Below are positions 26,421 through 38,749 of a stretch of 64,000 nt of DNA, piece after piece. Under the pieces are notes generated by a model that was given only the letters and a program-made list of their open reading frames with translations, was not told where the DNA came from and made no database searches. The stretch's first letter is position 1. Each line of letters starts with the position of its first letter. A program made the translations under genes and the position numbers. The stretch is from Laetmonice hystrix (lineage: Eukaryota), in NCBI GenBank assembly GCA_965235115.1, contig OZ249436.1:51462001-51526000 (forward strand), written 5' to 3'.

Positions 26421-27525
26421 ATCAACATTCTCAACGGCCCTCAACGATCCTTTTGTCACCTATCGCCACCTCGGTGTCAACAGATGAAGAGTAAATGCAA
26501 GAAAAATTTGCACGTAGAGACACGTTATGCAAATATAGCCTATATAGATAGCTTCAATACGTAAGTAATGCCCATTTTTTTCAAGAGAAATAACAATGTC
26601 CTCATCTTTTAGTGTCACAAATTTTCTATTTACTACACGTTAAGGTACCTCTAGTTATTATAATTATTATAAATTTCTTAAACACTTAAAATAGTGGGAT
26701 TTTATGCAACAGCCCCAAGGCCAGGATGTTGTCCGCTGCCCCGAGGAAGCTATAGGCAATCCGGCCTTAGTAACGGCCCAACAGCCGGCCCAGGCGGCCT
26801 AGGCTCAACAATACAAATTCGGAAGTAGCACTTTGAATAGAGTTCTTAAATTTTAAAAATATAGTCGAGAATTAAAGATAACCTACAACCTTGGTAAAAA
26901 CTCATACTTCTTCATACCACTAAAAAAAGAAATTCGGCTCAGTGTGAACGGCCCTTTAGGGTCCTCAGTAAATGTTCAGTTAACATAATGTAATCTCGTG
27001 TCATGAAAAATTCACAGCTTCTCTGCCTAAGGTAATGACCCTAGTGTGTCAAGGCGTGGGTTACAGAGATAAGCTCAGTCGGCTAAATCGACAGTTATCG
27101 ACTACAGGCGAAAAGTTATAATTGCGACAGCTTGACAATATTGTCAGAAGTGGAGCATACACGTATATAAATGTAAAAGTCTATGAAAAATGGAGGTTAA
27201 AAGCAGTAATATAAAAACAACGGAGAAAGGTAAAATGTGGGATAACAAATATTTTATTGGATACTCACAGAGGTAAGTATTAGGCCTAGCTAAAATCTCC
27301 CCCCCCCCCCCCAAACAAAAATAAAAAATTTCAAGTGTTTTTTTAAAATGTTATACATTATTTTCATTTTAACCTTTAATTGTGGATAAAAATCCGTTTA
27401 AATTTGAGTCATTTCCCTTTTCATATTTCAATTAAACAATCACAAATATTTATGCAAGCGACTGTCCTTTCAATGGTGTTACATGTTCATCCACTGGTCA
27501 TCAATAACATGTCCATGGGGCACGA

Positions 27526-30500
27526 TCAAGCCTTGGATTTGGTGGTCCAAGCCAGCGGGTAAGTCACGAGGTGCCCATTGTCCCAGCCGAACAGGGTCCG
27601 CTCCCGCGGGTTGTAGTTGAGTGAAGATATCAGACCAAACTTGCTTGTTACAGGCATACTCAAAAAGGTGTCGTCTTTGGTGCGCGTATCGTAGACGTAC
27701 TGGGCCAGGGGCATGCTGGGCTTGAGTCGGTCTCCGCATGCCTCGAGGGTGTACATCTTCCCTGTGTGAGCACACCCAAAGTGTCTTATTTGGTCAGACA
27801 AAAGTTAATGGAGTAATATATAATCTCTCAGTAATATATATACGCTCTATCCCCTCCCTCCCTCCCTCCCCCTCCCCCTCCCTCCCCCTCCCTCACTCCG
27901 TTTCTCTCTCTCCCTCTTGCTCTCGCGCGCTTTCTCTCTCTATCTATCTATCCATCTCTCTGTCCCTCTCTCTCTATAACTTACCACACACCATGAAGAC
28001 TGCACACACAGTATTTTTGTGTCGGTTGGTCCGGAAACTCTCCGTGAAGGTCAAGTCTTTAGGATTCACTTTGAATATGACCAGCTTGTTACCATTGTCT
28101 GAAGTCGCCATGATGGCCCACGGTCCATACTCGTCAACCTGTCATTGGTTTACTTTGTTCAAATTGAGTCAAAGCTCAGCCAGTTATGCAGATCCTACAG
28201 CTCAGGACAAATGTAGTAGTTTCACATGAATATAAAATTCTAAGATATTAGGTTAGTTTTCATTTAAAGAAAATACTGAGTGGGGCGAAAGAGGCCAACT
28301 TGAGAAGCGGGGTATTTTTCCATCCTTTTATACAAACCAGAATTTAAAAGCAATCTAGCGGTATTTTTCACGGCGTTAATAACAATGAAACAAGAAGCAG
28401 GTAAAGCCCTCTTAACATTAGCCTACAATGTAAATTCCCCAATAAAAGTTTAATACTTTGAACTCGGAGTATGTACGAAAATTCTGGTGGAGATAATCAA
28501 TGTCGGACTTGGACACTACCCTAGTCTGCCGTGTGTTCAGCTTAAGGTCCTGCCTGTAAAATTAGCGTTGTTAAATACCGATATAGGTATTAATGAATTA
28601 ATGAATTCAATAATGTTATCCTTCCGTCAGACGAGACGGCGTTATTGTATTGCAGTTGACCTAATACTGTTCTACTGCATTTAATTGCTCTTAAAATAAA
28701 TTATGAATTTAGAACGTGAGAATTTCACTAGTGGATATGGAGTTTAAAATAAACGTACAACCTAAAACTTACTTATATATATATATAAACTCCGTAGGCA
28801 AAGTACCAGGAGTGGTCGTAGACGATGTCGCCAACGCCCTGCATCCGCAGTTGCTCTCGGGATAGATTAATATCCCTACCTGCTATGAAATCAGAGTAGT
28901 TCTTGTTTATATAGAGAACCTCCTGAAATCCTGAATCTCTGTACGGGCGTGTGAAGATCTCCCGACGGTGTTCGTCGGTCTCAGGTATAGGATCTTTGAA
29001 CCAGGAGCCATAGGCGTAGCCATTCCACCATCTGTGGGCGACAGGTGAGCCAACAGAGGCCAGGTCGTGGGTATCACACCAATCTGTCAACGTCACAATG
29101 ACAATCACACATTTAGTGTAACCAATGCTATTCATGCATAACTATTCTTAATAAAGACTGTTATAATGAGCCTGGAAGAGTCTTTTTTAGTCTTCCCCTC
29201 GTCCCTACCGAAGGGGCGGGGGATTCAAATTCGCCCTCCGTCCGTCGCGCCGTCCGTCCGTCCGTCGTTCCCTACGTCGCACCGTCCGGAGACAGCGATT
29301 TCTCAGAGGAGTACTGGTCAAATTGTATGGAAGTTTACGCAATGATCAGGGACATCGAATTTAAAATTGCCGCTCAGTGGCCATCTTGGGTGAGCAGTAA
29401 TTAGGACAAAACTATTCCGATTTCTTTCAAAAAGAAGCATATATTATGAAGGGCAACGTATAGCCTATATATCAATGTATCCATAGTTTAGAACGAATGT
29501 GGCGACATGGTGGCCATATTTAGTTTTTCCCCCCCAAATAACACTCTTTTAGCTCATATCTCGAAAATGGTGCAAGATAACGCAGTAATTACTCTTATTG
29601 ACAGATGGGAAGTCATATGTGAAGTTTCCTTTAGTGTTATATTCCATGTGACTCTGACGGGGTCTTGCGTTAAAACAATTAAAGCAGCGGTACCATTTTT
29701 TGTAAAACTACAAGATAAGAAGCCTGGGTTTACCCGCATATGAAAAGTTGAGTGGAAGTGTGTCTCCTTTGAAAGCGGACCACGTCTGATTTGCCTGACA
29801 GTTGGTAAGGCGGTTGCGCAATGCTTCCAACTAAAAAACAATGGCGAGAGATGCACATAAATATCTCAAATACAAATCCCAAATCCCCTGCGGTTTTTAC
29901 TTTTAGTGTGCAGGTAAAAGTCCTACTCGACACACAGACTTATTAATATTCCCTCCCTCCTCCAGTGTATCCAGAGCAGCTAACTTGCCTCCCGTTGCAT
30001 TGCCTTGCCCTCGCCATACGGGTTACGGTTCCAGAGGTCGTCAATGACGTCCACGAGCTGGTTGATCTCAGCCTTCAGTTCCTTCAGCTTGTCGCTATTG
30101 CCGGATTTCTGTACCTCACCGACCAGTGTCACCAGGATGTCAGCACTCTTCCTCAGGCCTGCAAATCAACACAGGGTACCGTCAGCATTTCTTTAGTACA
30201 TTATAAAGACATTGACACCCAAGCAAGCGTTGACCTAGTGGGACTTTCTGCCATTTCAAACAGGTTTTAGGTTTTGGAAAGAAGGGAGAGCTTCCAATGT
30301 TTAGATGCAAAGCTAGGTCTCTGGCAGTGTACACACGTGATTTCAAACAGTCTTTTCAATTGGGCATGATCATTTTAGGGTCCCCTGAAAACACATTAAC
30401 ATTTATCTAATGGGCTGAGCCCCCTGGCCTTCATGACGTTCATAGTGCGTCGAACAACAGCTCAGGGAGAGTTGGTTGAACTGTAAATGAGAACTCACTG

Positions 30501-31223
30501 ATCAACTCCCGCATGGAGACACTGATAGACTCAGAGTCCACCCGCTGTACCAGGGCCTTCATACGTTCAGGCATGTTACGCATGTCCTCCATCAGTTGTG
30601 GCACGTCCAACGCTTCCATGGCAGTTCCCATGTCAGACACCTGTTCCCGGACTACCTGCAGCTCCAGGTATTCCTGGTACTTGGTCCAAGTCCCGTTAAC
30701 GACACACTCACATTTTCCATTCCGTCGGCAACCTGACGCCTAGAAGTTTATCCAGGGCAACAATTAAGTAGGCGCAATGATCTTTCCGAAATTAATTTGA
30801 AATGGATTTATTTAATATTTCTGTTCGTGCATCATCGTTCCCGCTGGCGCAGTTTGAGGAAGATTAGGGGTCCAGGATGATGTTTTAAGTTTGTAATATT
30901 CCTGTACTTTCTCATTTGCTAACCTTGCTTCTTTGAAGCCTCTGTTATGTCCCTTTTAAAACAATTATTGCTGTTAACTCTTTGTAAAAATAATCTGGAC
31001 TTCCCTAAACAAAATCCCAGATCCGCCTCTGGACGATAGGCTTACTACATCATTCATACCTTATGAATCTTATGCAGGCTAGGCGACACGTCTTTAAAGG
31101 GCAAATCTTGTCAACAACTAATTTGGTTCCACCTACCTCGATAGTCGGGTCAACATAAGTATACCCGGCTGCGCACGCTGCACTGAAAAGTGCAAACAGG
31201 AGAACTCCAACCGTAGAATGCAT
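27526..31223 (-). pseudogene. Olfactomedin array copy 3, with a premature stop at the end of exon 5 (28773-28775)
   Basis: Same 8-exon structure as copy 2. Exon 5 (29083-28773) is 311 nt and ends GTT TAT ATA TAT ATA TAA|gtaag, 4 nt more TA repeat than copies 2 and 5 (AAT TAT ATA TAT AA|gt). This gives an in-frame TAA and a phase mismatch. Confidence 0.75.
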
Positions 31224-32871
31224 TCTCTCCTTCCTGCATGAACAGCGTGAAGAGCAGTCTAAGTTTATCCCTCCATACTGTTGGTTATTACAGCCCGTAA
31301 TCTAAATTTTCAAATAAACTGGTTTAATCTAAACTTAAGCTGGGACTCCGAGTCATAAAAATGCATCAAATTACATGTCGACCCTACATTTTACATACTG
31401 TAAAGATGAGTCTTTTGATAAAATAAGGGCCAATGTAGCTTACTTTACAGAAAGAAAAACATAACTACAACAGATGGGCCAGCAATGCATGCCTACCGTG
31501 AGAGATCGCCGAACCCTTGTAGTTTGGCCAGCCGAGGTAGGGCGAGTACTCCTTACTGTGTGCTCAGTGGTCAGACTGGCACCAAGATACCAAACGGGGA
31601 CCAACCAGCCGCCCCGGTGTGGGGGTCGCGTGAGGGGGAGGGGTGCGGAGCGACGGAGGTAGCAAGGTCCTTGGAGCAAAACATTGCTCTGTTACAGATA
31701 GGCTGGTGTCCGTCTAGGGCCGTTAAATGTTAAAACATTTGGTCCTTATCAACATTCTCAACGGCCCTCAACGATCCTTCTGTCACCTATCGCCAACTCG
31801 GGGTCAACAGATAAAGAGTAAATGCTAGAAAAATGGACACGTAGAGACACGTTATGTAAATATATATGGATAGCTTCAATACGTGAGTAATGTCCATTTT
31901 TTCCAAGAGAAAGCACATTCGATATTAGTAGACGACAGGCCCAGATGTCCTCGTCTATAGTGTCACAATTTTTTTATTTATTACGCGTTAAGAGGTACCT
32001 CTAGTTATTGTAATTATTATAAATTTCTTAAACACTTAAACGAGTGGGATTTTATTCAACAGCCTCCAGGCCAGGATGTTATCCGCTGCCCCGAGGAAGC
32101 TATAGGCAATCCGGCCTTAGTAACGGCCCAACAGACGGCCCAGCCGGCCCAGGCGGCCCAGGCTCAACAATACAAATTCGGAAGTAGCACTTTGAATAGA
32201 GTTCTTAAATTTTACAAATAAAGTCGAAAATTAAAGATAACCTACAACCTTGGTAAAAACTCATACTTCTTCATACCACTAAAAAAAGAAATTCGGCTCA
32301 GTGTGAACGGCCCTTTAGGGTCCTCAGTAAATGGTCAGTTAATATAATGTAATCTCGTGTCATGAAAAATTCACAGCTTCTCTGCCTAAGGTAATGACCC
32401 TAGTGTGTCAAGGCGTGGGTTCCAGAGATAAGCTCAGTCGGTTAAATCGACAGCTTTCGACTACAGGCGAAAAGTTATAATTGCACAGCTTGACAATATT
32501 GTCAGAAGTGGAGCATACACGTATATAAATGTAAAAGTCTATGAAAAATGGAAGTTAAAAGCAGTAATATAAAAACAATGGAGAAAGGTTAAATGTGGGA
32601 TAATATTTTATTGGATACTCACAGAGGTAAGTACTAGGCCTAGCTAAAATCCCCCCCCCCCAAAAAAAAAAAAAATTCAAGTGTTTTTTTTAAATGTCAT
32701 ACATTATTTTCATTTTAACCTTTAATTGTGGATAAAAATCCGTTTAAATTTGAGTCATTTCCCTTTTCATATTTCAATTAAACAATCACAAATATTTATG
32801 CGAGCGACTGTCCTTTCAATGGTGTTACATGTTCATCCACTGGTCATCAATAACATCTCCATGTGGCACGA

Positions 32872-35800
32872 TCAGGCCTTGGTTTTGGTGGTCCAAGCCA
32901 GTGGGTAAGTCACGAGGTGCCCATTGTCCCAGCCGAACAGAGTCCGCTCCCGCGGGTTGTAGTTGAGTGAAGATATCAGACCAAACTTGCTTATTACAGG
33001 CATACTCAAAAAGGTGTCGTCTTTGGTGCGAGTGTCGTAGACGTATTGGGCCAGGGGCATGCTGGGCTTGAGTCGGTCTCCGCATGCCTCGAGGGTGTAC
33101 ATCTTCCCTGTGTGACCACAAGCAAAGTGTCTTATTTGGTGAGACAGACAAAAGTTAATGGAGTATATATATATATATATATATATATAATATCTCCCTC
33201 TCTCTCTATCTCGCCCCTATCTCTCTCTCTCCCCTACCTCTCTCCCCTATCTCTCTCCCCCTCTCTCTCCCCTATCTCTCTCCCCTATATATTGCTCTCT
33301 CTCTCTCTCTGTCTCGCTCTCGCTCTCGCTCTCGCTCTCCCTCCCTCCCTGATAACTTACCACACACCATGAAGACTGCACATACAGTATTTTTGTGTCG
33401 GTTGGTCCGGAACCTCTCCATGAAGGTCATGTCTTTAGGATTCACTTTGATTATGACCAGCTTGCCATCACTGTCTGACTTCAGCATGATGGCCCACAGT
33501 CCATACTCGTCAACCTGTCATTGGATTACTTTGTTTAAATTGAGTCAAAGCTCAGCCAGTTATGCACATCCTACAGTTGAGGACAAATGTTATACGTAGT
33601 GGTTTCACATGAATATAAAATGCTAAGATATTAGGTTGGTTTTCATGTAAAGAAAATACTGAGTGGGGTGAAGGAGGCCAACATGAGAAGCGGGGGATTT
33701 TTCTATCCTTTTACACAAACCAGAATTTAGAGCCAATCTGACGGTATTTTTCACGGCGTTAATAACACTGAGACACGAAGCATGCAAGGCCCTCCTAATA
33801 TTAGCCTACAATGTAAATTCCTCAATAAAAGTTTGATACCTTTAAATCGACCCATGTCTTAACAGCCTGGTGGAGATAATTGATGTTGATTATGAACACG
33901 TCCCTCCGCTGCAATGTGTCCAACTTGAGGTCTTGCCTGTAAAAGTAACGGTTAAATACCAGTAGGTAAATTAATGCATTCAATAATTGATTGGAATGGT
34001 CGTTAACCGACGGAAACATATGCATTTTTGATGGAATACTCCTAAAATATAATTTGGAACAATCGACCGATCCTTATGTCAATTATAAGTGTTATAGTAT
34101 TGCACTACTGCAATTTAATTGCTCTAGATAATATATTATGAATTTAGAACATGAGAATCCCACTGGTGGATATTAAATGTCAACATGTAGGCCTACAACC
34201 TAAAACTTACTTATACAAAGTACGTCCATACTGATAGTACCGGGAGTGGTCATAGAGGATCTCGCCAACACCATAGGTCAGCGTCAGCGTGTCAACGTGT
34301 GCAGCAACATTGTTAGCTATAAAATCGGAGTAGTTTTTGTATTTTTCGAGAGTCTCAATAGTGCCCGTTGATCTGTACGGGCGGACGAAGATCTCCTGAC
34401 GGTTTTCTTCGGTCTCAGGTATAGGATCTTTGTACCACGAGCCATAAGTCACATTCCACCATCTGTGTGCGACAGGTGAGCCGACAGAGGCCAGGTCGTG
34501 GGTATCACACCAATCTGTCAACGTCACAATCACAATAACACTCTGTGTAACCAATTCTATTCATGCAAAACTATTCTCAATAAAGTCTATTATAATGAGC
34601 ATGTAAGAGTCTTTTTTATCCCCCCCCCCCCCCCGAAGGGGCGGGGACTTCTAATTCGCCCTCCGTCCGTACGTCAGTCCGTCCATCCGTCCGTAGGCCA
34701 ACGTGCGTACGTACGGACGTAGGGAGCGGATGTTCTCAGATGAACTATATAGTGTATCTCAAAAGTACAAAGTATAGGCTACGTATAGTTCCTAGACCCA
34801 CAAATGTAATTACTCGAGTTGGGGGCTGTGACTCCGACGGGGTCTTCTTTTTTTTTAAATTTAAAGCAGTGGTACCGTTTTCTGTGAAACTACAAGATAA
34901 GAAGTCTGGGTTTACCCGCATAGGAAAAGTTGAGTGAAAGTGTGTCTCCTTTGAAAGCGGACCACGTCAGCTTTTTCTGGCAGTTAGTAAGGCGGTTGCG
35001 CAATGCCTCCAACTAAATAAATGGCGAGAGATGCACATATCTCAAATCCAAAATCCCCTGCGGTTTTTACTTTTAGTGTGCAGGTAAAAGTCCTACTCGA
35101 CACATAGACTTATCAATATTCCCTCTCTCCTCCAGTGTATTCAGAGCAGCTAACTTGCCTCCCGTTGCATTGCCTTGGCCTCGCCATACGGGTTGCGGTT
35201 CCAGAGGTCGTCAATGACGTCCACGAGCTGGTCGATCTCAGCCTTCAGTTCCTTCAGCTTGTCGCTATTGCCGGATTTCTGTACCTCGCCGACCAGCGTC
35301 ACCAGGATGTCGGCACTCTTCCTCAGGCCTGCACATCAACACAGGGTACCGTCAGCATTTCTTTAGTACATTATAAAGGCACTGAGCCCCTTGCAGGCCT
35401 CTTGCAGTGTACACGTGATTTCAAACAGTCTTTTTAATTCGTCATGATCATTTAAAGTCTCCTGAAAACGCAACATTACTTATGTAAGGGAGCTGAGCCC
35501 CCTGCCCCTCATGGCTTTCATAGTGCTTCGACCAACAGTTCAGAGAGAATTGGTTGAATTGTAAATGAGAACTCACTGATTAACTCGCGCATGGAGACAC
35601 TAATAGACTCGGAGTCCACCCGCTGTACCAGGGCCTTCATACGTTCAGTGATGTTACGCATGTCCTCCATCAGCTGTGGCACGTCCAACGCTTCCATGGC
35701 AGTGCCCATGTCGGACACCTGTTCCCGGACTACCTGCAGCTCCAGGTACTCCTGGTACTTGGTCCAAGTCCCGTTAATGACACACTCACATTTTCCATTC

Positions 35801-36330
35801 CGTCGGCAACCCGACGCCTAGAAGTTTATCCAGGGCAACAATAAAGTTGGCGCAATAAGCTTGAAATTAATTTGAAATGGATTTATTTCTGTTCGTGCAT
35901 CATCGTGCCCCTGGTCTTAAAATTGTAGTTAATATTCCCAACTCCGCGGGCGCAGTTCGAGGAAGGCTGGGTCCAGGATGATGTTTCATGTTTGTAATAT
36001 TTCTGTACTTTCTCATTTTTAAACCATGCTTCTTTGAAGCCTTTGTTATGCCCCTTTGTAAAAATTATTGCTGTTAACTCTTTGTAAAAATAATCACTGC
36101 TGGACTTCCATAAAGAAAATCCTAGATCCGTCTCTGGAGGATAGGCTTACTACATCCTTTATATGTTATGAACTCTATGCAGACTAGGCTACACGACTTT
36201 AAAGGTCAAATCTTGCCAAAAACTAATCTTCTTCCACCTATACCTCGATAGTCGGGTCAACATAAGCATACCCGGCTGCACATGCTGCACTGAACAGTGC
36301 AAACAGGAGAACTCCAACCGTAGAATGCAT
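32872..36330 (-). CDS. Secreted olfactomedin-domain protein, array copy 4 (coding exons intact)
   Basis: ATG at 36330, exon 5 at 34514-34211 (304 nt, correct phase), all olfactomedin motifs present, stop at 32872. Confidence 0.88.
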
Positions 36331-37082
36331 TCTCTCCTTCCTGCATGAACAGCGTGAAGAGCAGTCTAAGTTTATTCCTCCATACTGTTGTAGCGGTTTT
36401 CCGTACCTGGGCATTAGGCCTGGTCATGGATCACCAACTAGGTAGCATTTACGTGATCTCTAGGGGAAGGGACATAATATAGGCGTACTTCTCGTTGTGT
36501 TCAAATTAGTACTTAAGCGTGGGACAACTGGGCTCGATCACTGGATGGCATTAACACTTTGGGAAGACCAACAACTCAAAGACTGAGGTACATAAAAATA
36601 AAGCATTTTAATAATCAATCTTCAAATATACACATAGATAACACAGCTTTCACAATCAGGCTTCCTGACAACATATTATGTACAGCATTAAACAAGCACA
36701 TCAACAACATTACAGGTAACTCCCCTTTACTAGGTTAAAGGTCCCCAAGTTACTCTCCCCCCGTTCCAGTTAGTCTGCCATCTGAAATCAAAGTATGATT
36801 TAGGATTAGAAAAGAATGTCCCACTTCTGATGTTTTTTTTTTTTTTCAGGCCAGTATCATAATTTGGGAACTAATTGGGAGGTCATCCAGTTCAACCCCC
36901 ACTTGGAACTTCAGAAACGCCATCGAGCACCAAAAAAATGGGAAAAAATGTTAGGTACCCTAAAAACACCTGGTCTGACTGAAATCTGCAAGGTATCTCA
37001 ACTAAATGTCAAGTGGGGAGTGGAGGAAGTTCTGTCTATAAGTGACATGAGAATAATTCGGCCTACCTCTATCCGTAAATTG

Positions 37083-37284
37083 GGTTCTTCCCCCATGATA
37101 ACTTTCCCACGAAATGTTTGGGCAGGGGTTAGGGTTAAGGTCAGGGATAGGGATAGGGATAGGATAGGGATATGTTTTTAGGAGATGTAGGGACTGGGGT
37201 TAGGGGTTAGAGATAAGGTCAGGGCCATGGATCTTTACTTTCCACCAAATTTCGTGGGGTTTAAGTTATCATGGGCGATCTACC
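37083..37284. mobile_element. ~200 bp MITE with GG...CC ends, 8-bp TSD and internal telomere-like GGGTTA/GGGATA repeats
   Basis: TSD gtaaattg at 37075-37082 and 37285-37292. TIR core cccatgataactt...cccacgaaat / atttcgtggg...aagttatcatggg. Confidence 0.7.
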
Positions 37285-38108
37285 GTAAATTGGGATATTA
37301 TTCAAATAATTATTTAAATCAGGGGATTTGGCACTATCTAGGTTGGTGTAATTAATAAATCTTAATTTATATATACATTGTTTTTTACATCAGCGACTCA
37401 AAGCCAGATATAATAAATATACGGACCAGTAGGCAGTACAGACCAGTACCTCACGAGGTGCACTGGTCCGTAAAAGCAAGTAATGCCCTATTCTCCGTTT
37501 TAACCCCTGCCCAGCGGCCGAAATCCGTGGTGAGTGACAGGAAGAGGGGCCAGTAAGCACCACTTGGGCGGGGGGGGGGGGGGGGGGGGGGGGGGGCAAG
37601 GGCAGGCCGGTGTTTATATAAACATGTTTATATCTAGGACAAACCCCAAAAATCGGTACTGGACCAATGACGAGATGGTCTTAGTAGCGGGATGGTCCTT
37701 ATGCGGGACTCTACTGTACAAAGTAGGACAGACAGTACAGGTGAATAAATAGTGTTTGTCCTACCGATGACGTCTTCACTGACAGTGACAAATGCTATCG
37801 TGGGCCAAAAACTCATGGAGGAGAAAAGAGCTATTATTATGTGAGGCTCAATCCAGGCCTGATGTTTTGGATAGTGGCGCCCCTAAAAACGGTGGACCAC
37901 CCCCCCCCCCCCCACACACACACACACCCACACACCCACACACCCACACTTGAAAAAGCTGGATCCGCCCTAGCCGTTGACTCTCCCCTATGCATGGCTA
38001 TACACTATAAGTAAGGGTAAGGCCAGTAAGGGTGGCCACGCCCACGGCACGTCTAGTCTCTAGATCCGCCCCTGAGGCCTGACTTGTGTTGTGACAAACG
38101 TAACCTAC

Positions 38109-38531
38109 CTCATTCTGATTCTCCGCCGCCACATTTCTACGTACGCCAAGGCCTACGACTAATTCTTCGTCTTGATCTTGCTGTCCCATGTGTCCATCTG
38201 GTGCTGCTGGGTCTTCATCATCGCTCGGAATGGTCATGTCAACATCGTCATCGTGTAATGCGGAACAGGTAGCCTGAGCCTGAGGCTGAGGGCAGTGAGG
38301 CTGAGGCTGAGTAGGCTGTGTCGTCGAGTCGGATTCTCGCTGTTTCAGGTGCCATCTACTCAATGTCTGCCGTGGAATCGTGTCTCCATCGCTAGAGCTA
38401 TCATGGCTATGGGCGAGGAGGTATCGTTTGTACCGTTTACGAATAGATTTGGAAGCAGAAATCGGATCGTAAGACAGATTTACATCATGACTTTCCTCCA
38501 AATCGTGACTTCCCCCATCTTCGTCCGCCAT
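38109..38531 (-). CDS. Orphan first exon resembling the N-terminus of animal CACTA/EnSpm transposases
   Basis: MADEDGG...KRYKRYL...IPRQTLSRW followed by acidic low-complexity sequence, with donor GAG|GTAGGT at 38109/38108. The family assignment is from recalled motif similarity, not a search. Confidence 0.5.
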
Positions 38532-38749
38532 TGTTTGTTGTTGCCGGCCTCATTTCCGCATCACTATGGCAACGCCGTACTTATGACGTCAAAAATGTTC
38601 GAGCGCAACTTTTTCCTGGCGTCGACGTCCTACAGACGGGAGACTGCATAGGCCTACACGGTTGGCGTGATACGGATCTCCCTAGCTAACGTTAGGGCTA
38701 GGCTAACAGCAGAACAGTAAGTAATTAAGGAAACAACAGTTAGATCTAG
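38532..38749. promoter_or_regulatory. Putative bidirectional promoter between head-to-head ATGs
   Basis: 218 bp between divergent ATGs (38531 -, 38750 +). Contains CRE TGACGTCA at 38584-38591 and an ETS-like CATTTCCG. Confidence 0.45.

Noticed and set aside
37640..37718. Tigger/pogo-like right end (...gcgggactctactg|ta)
   Set aside because: No matching left TIR found, so it cannot be delimited as an element.
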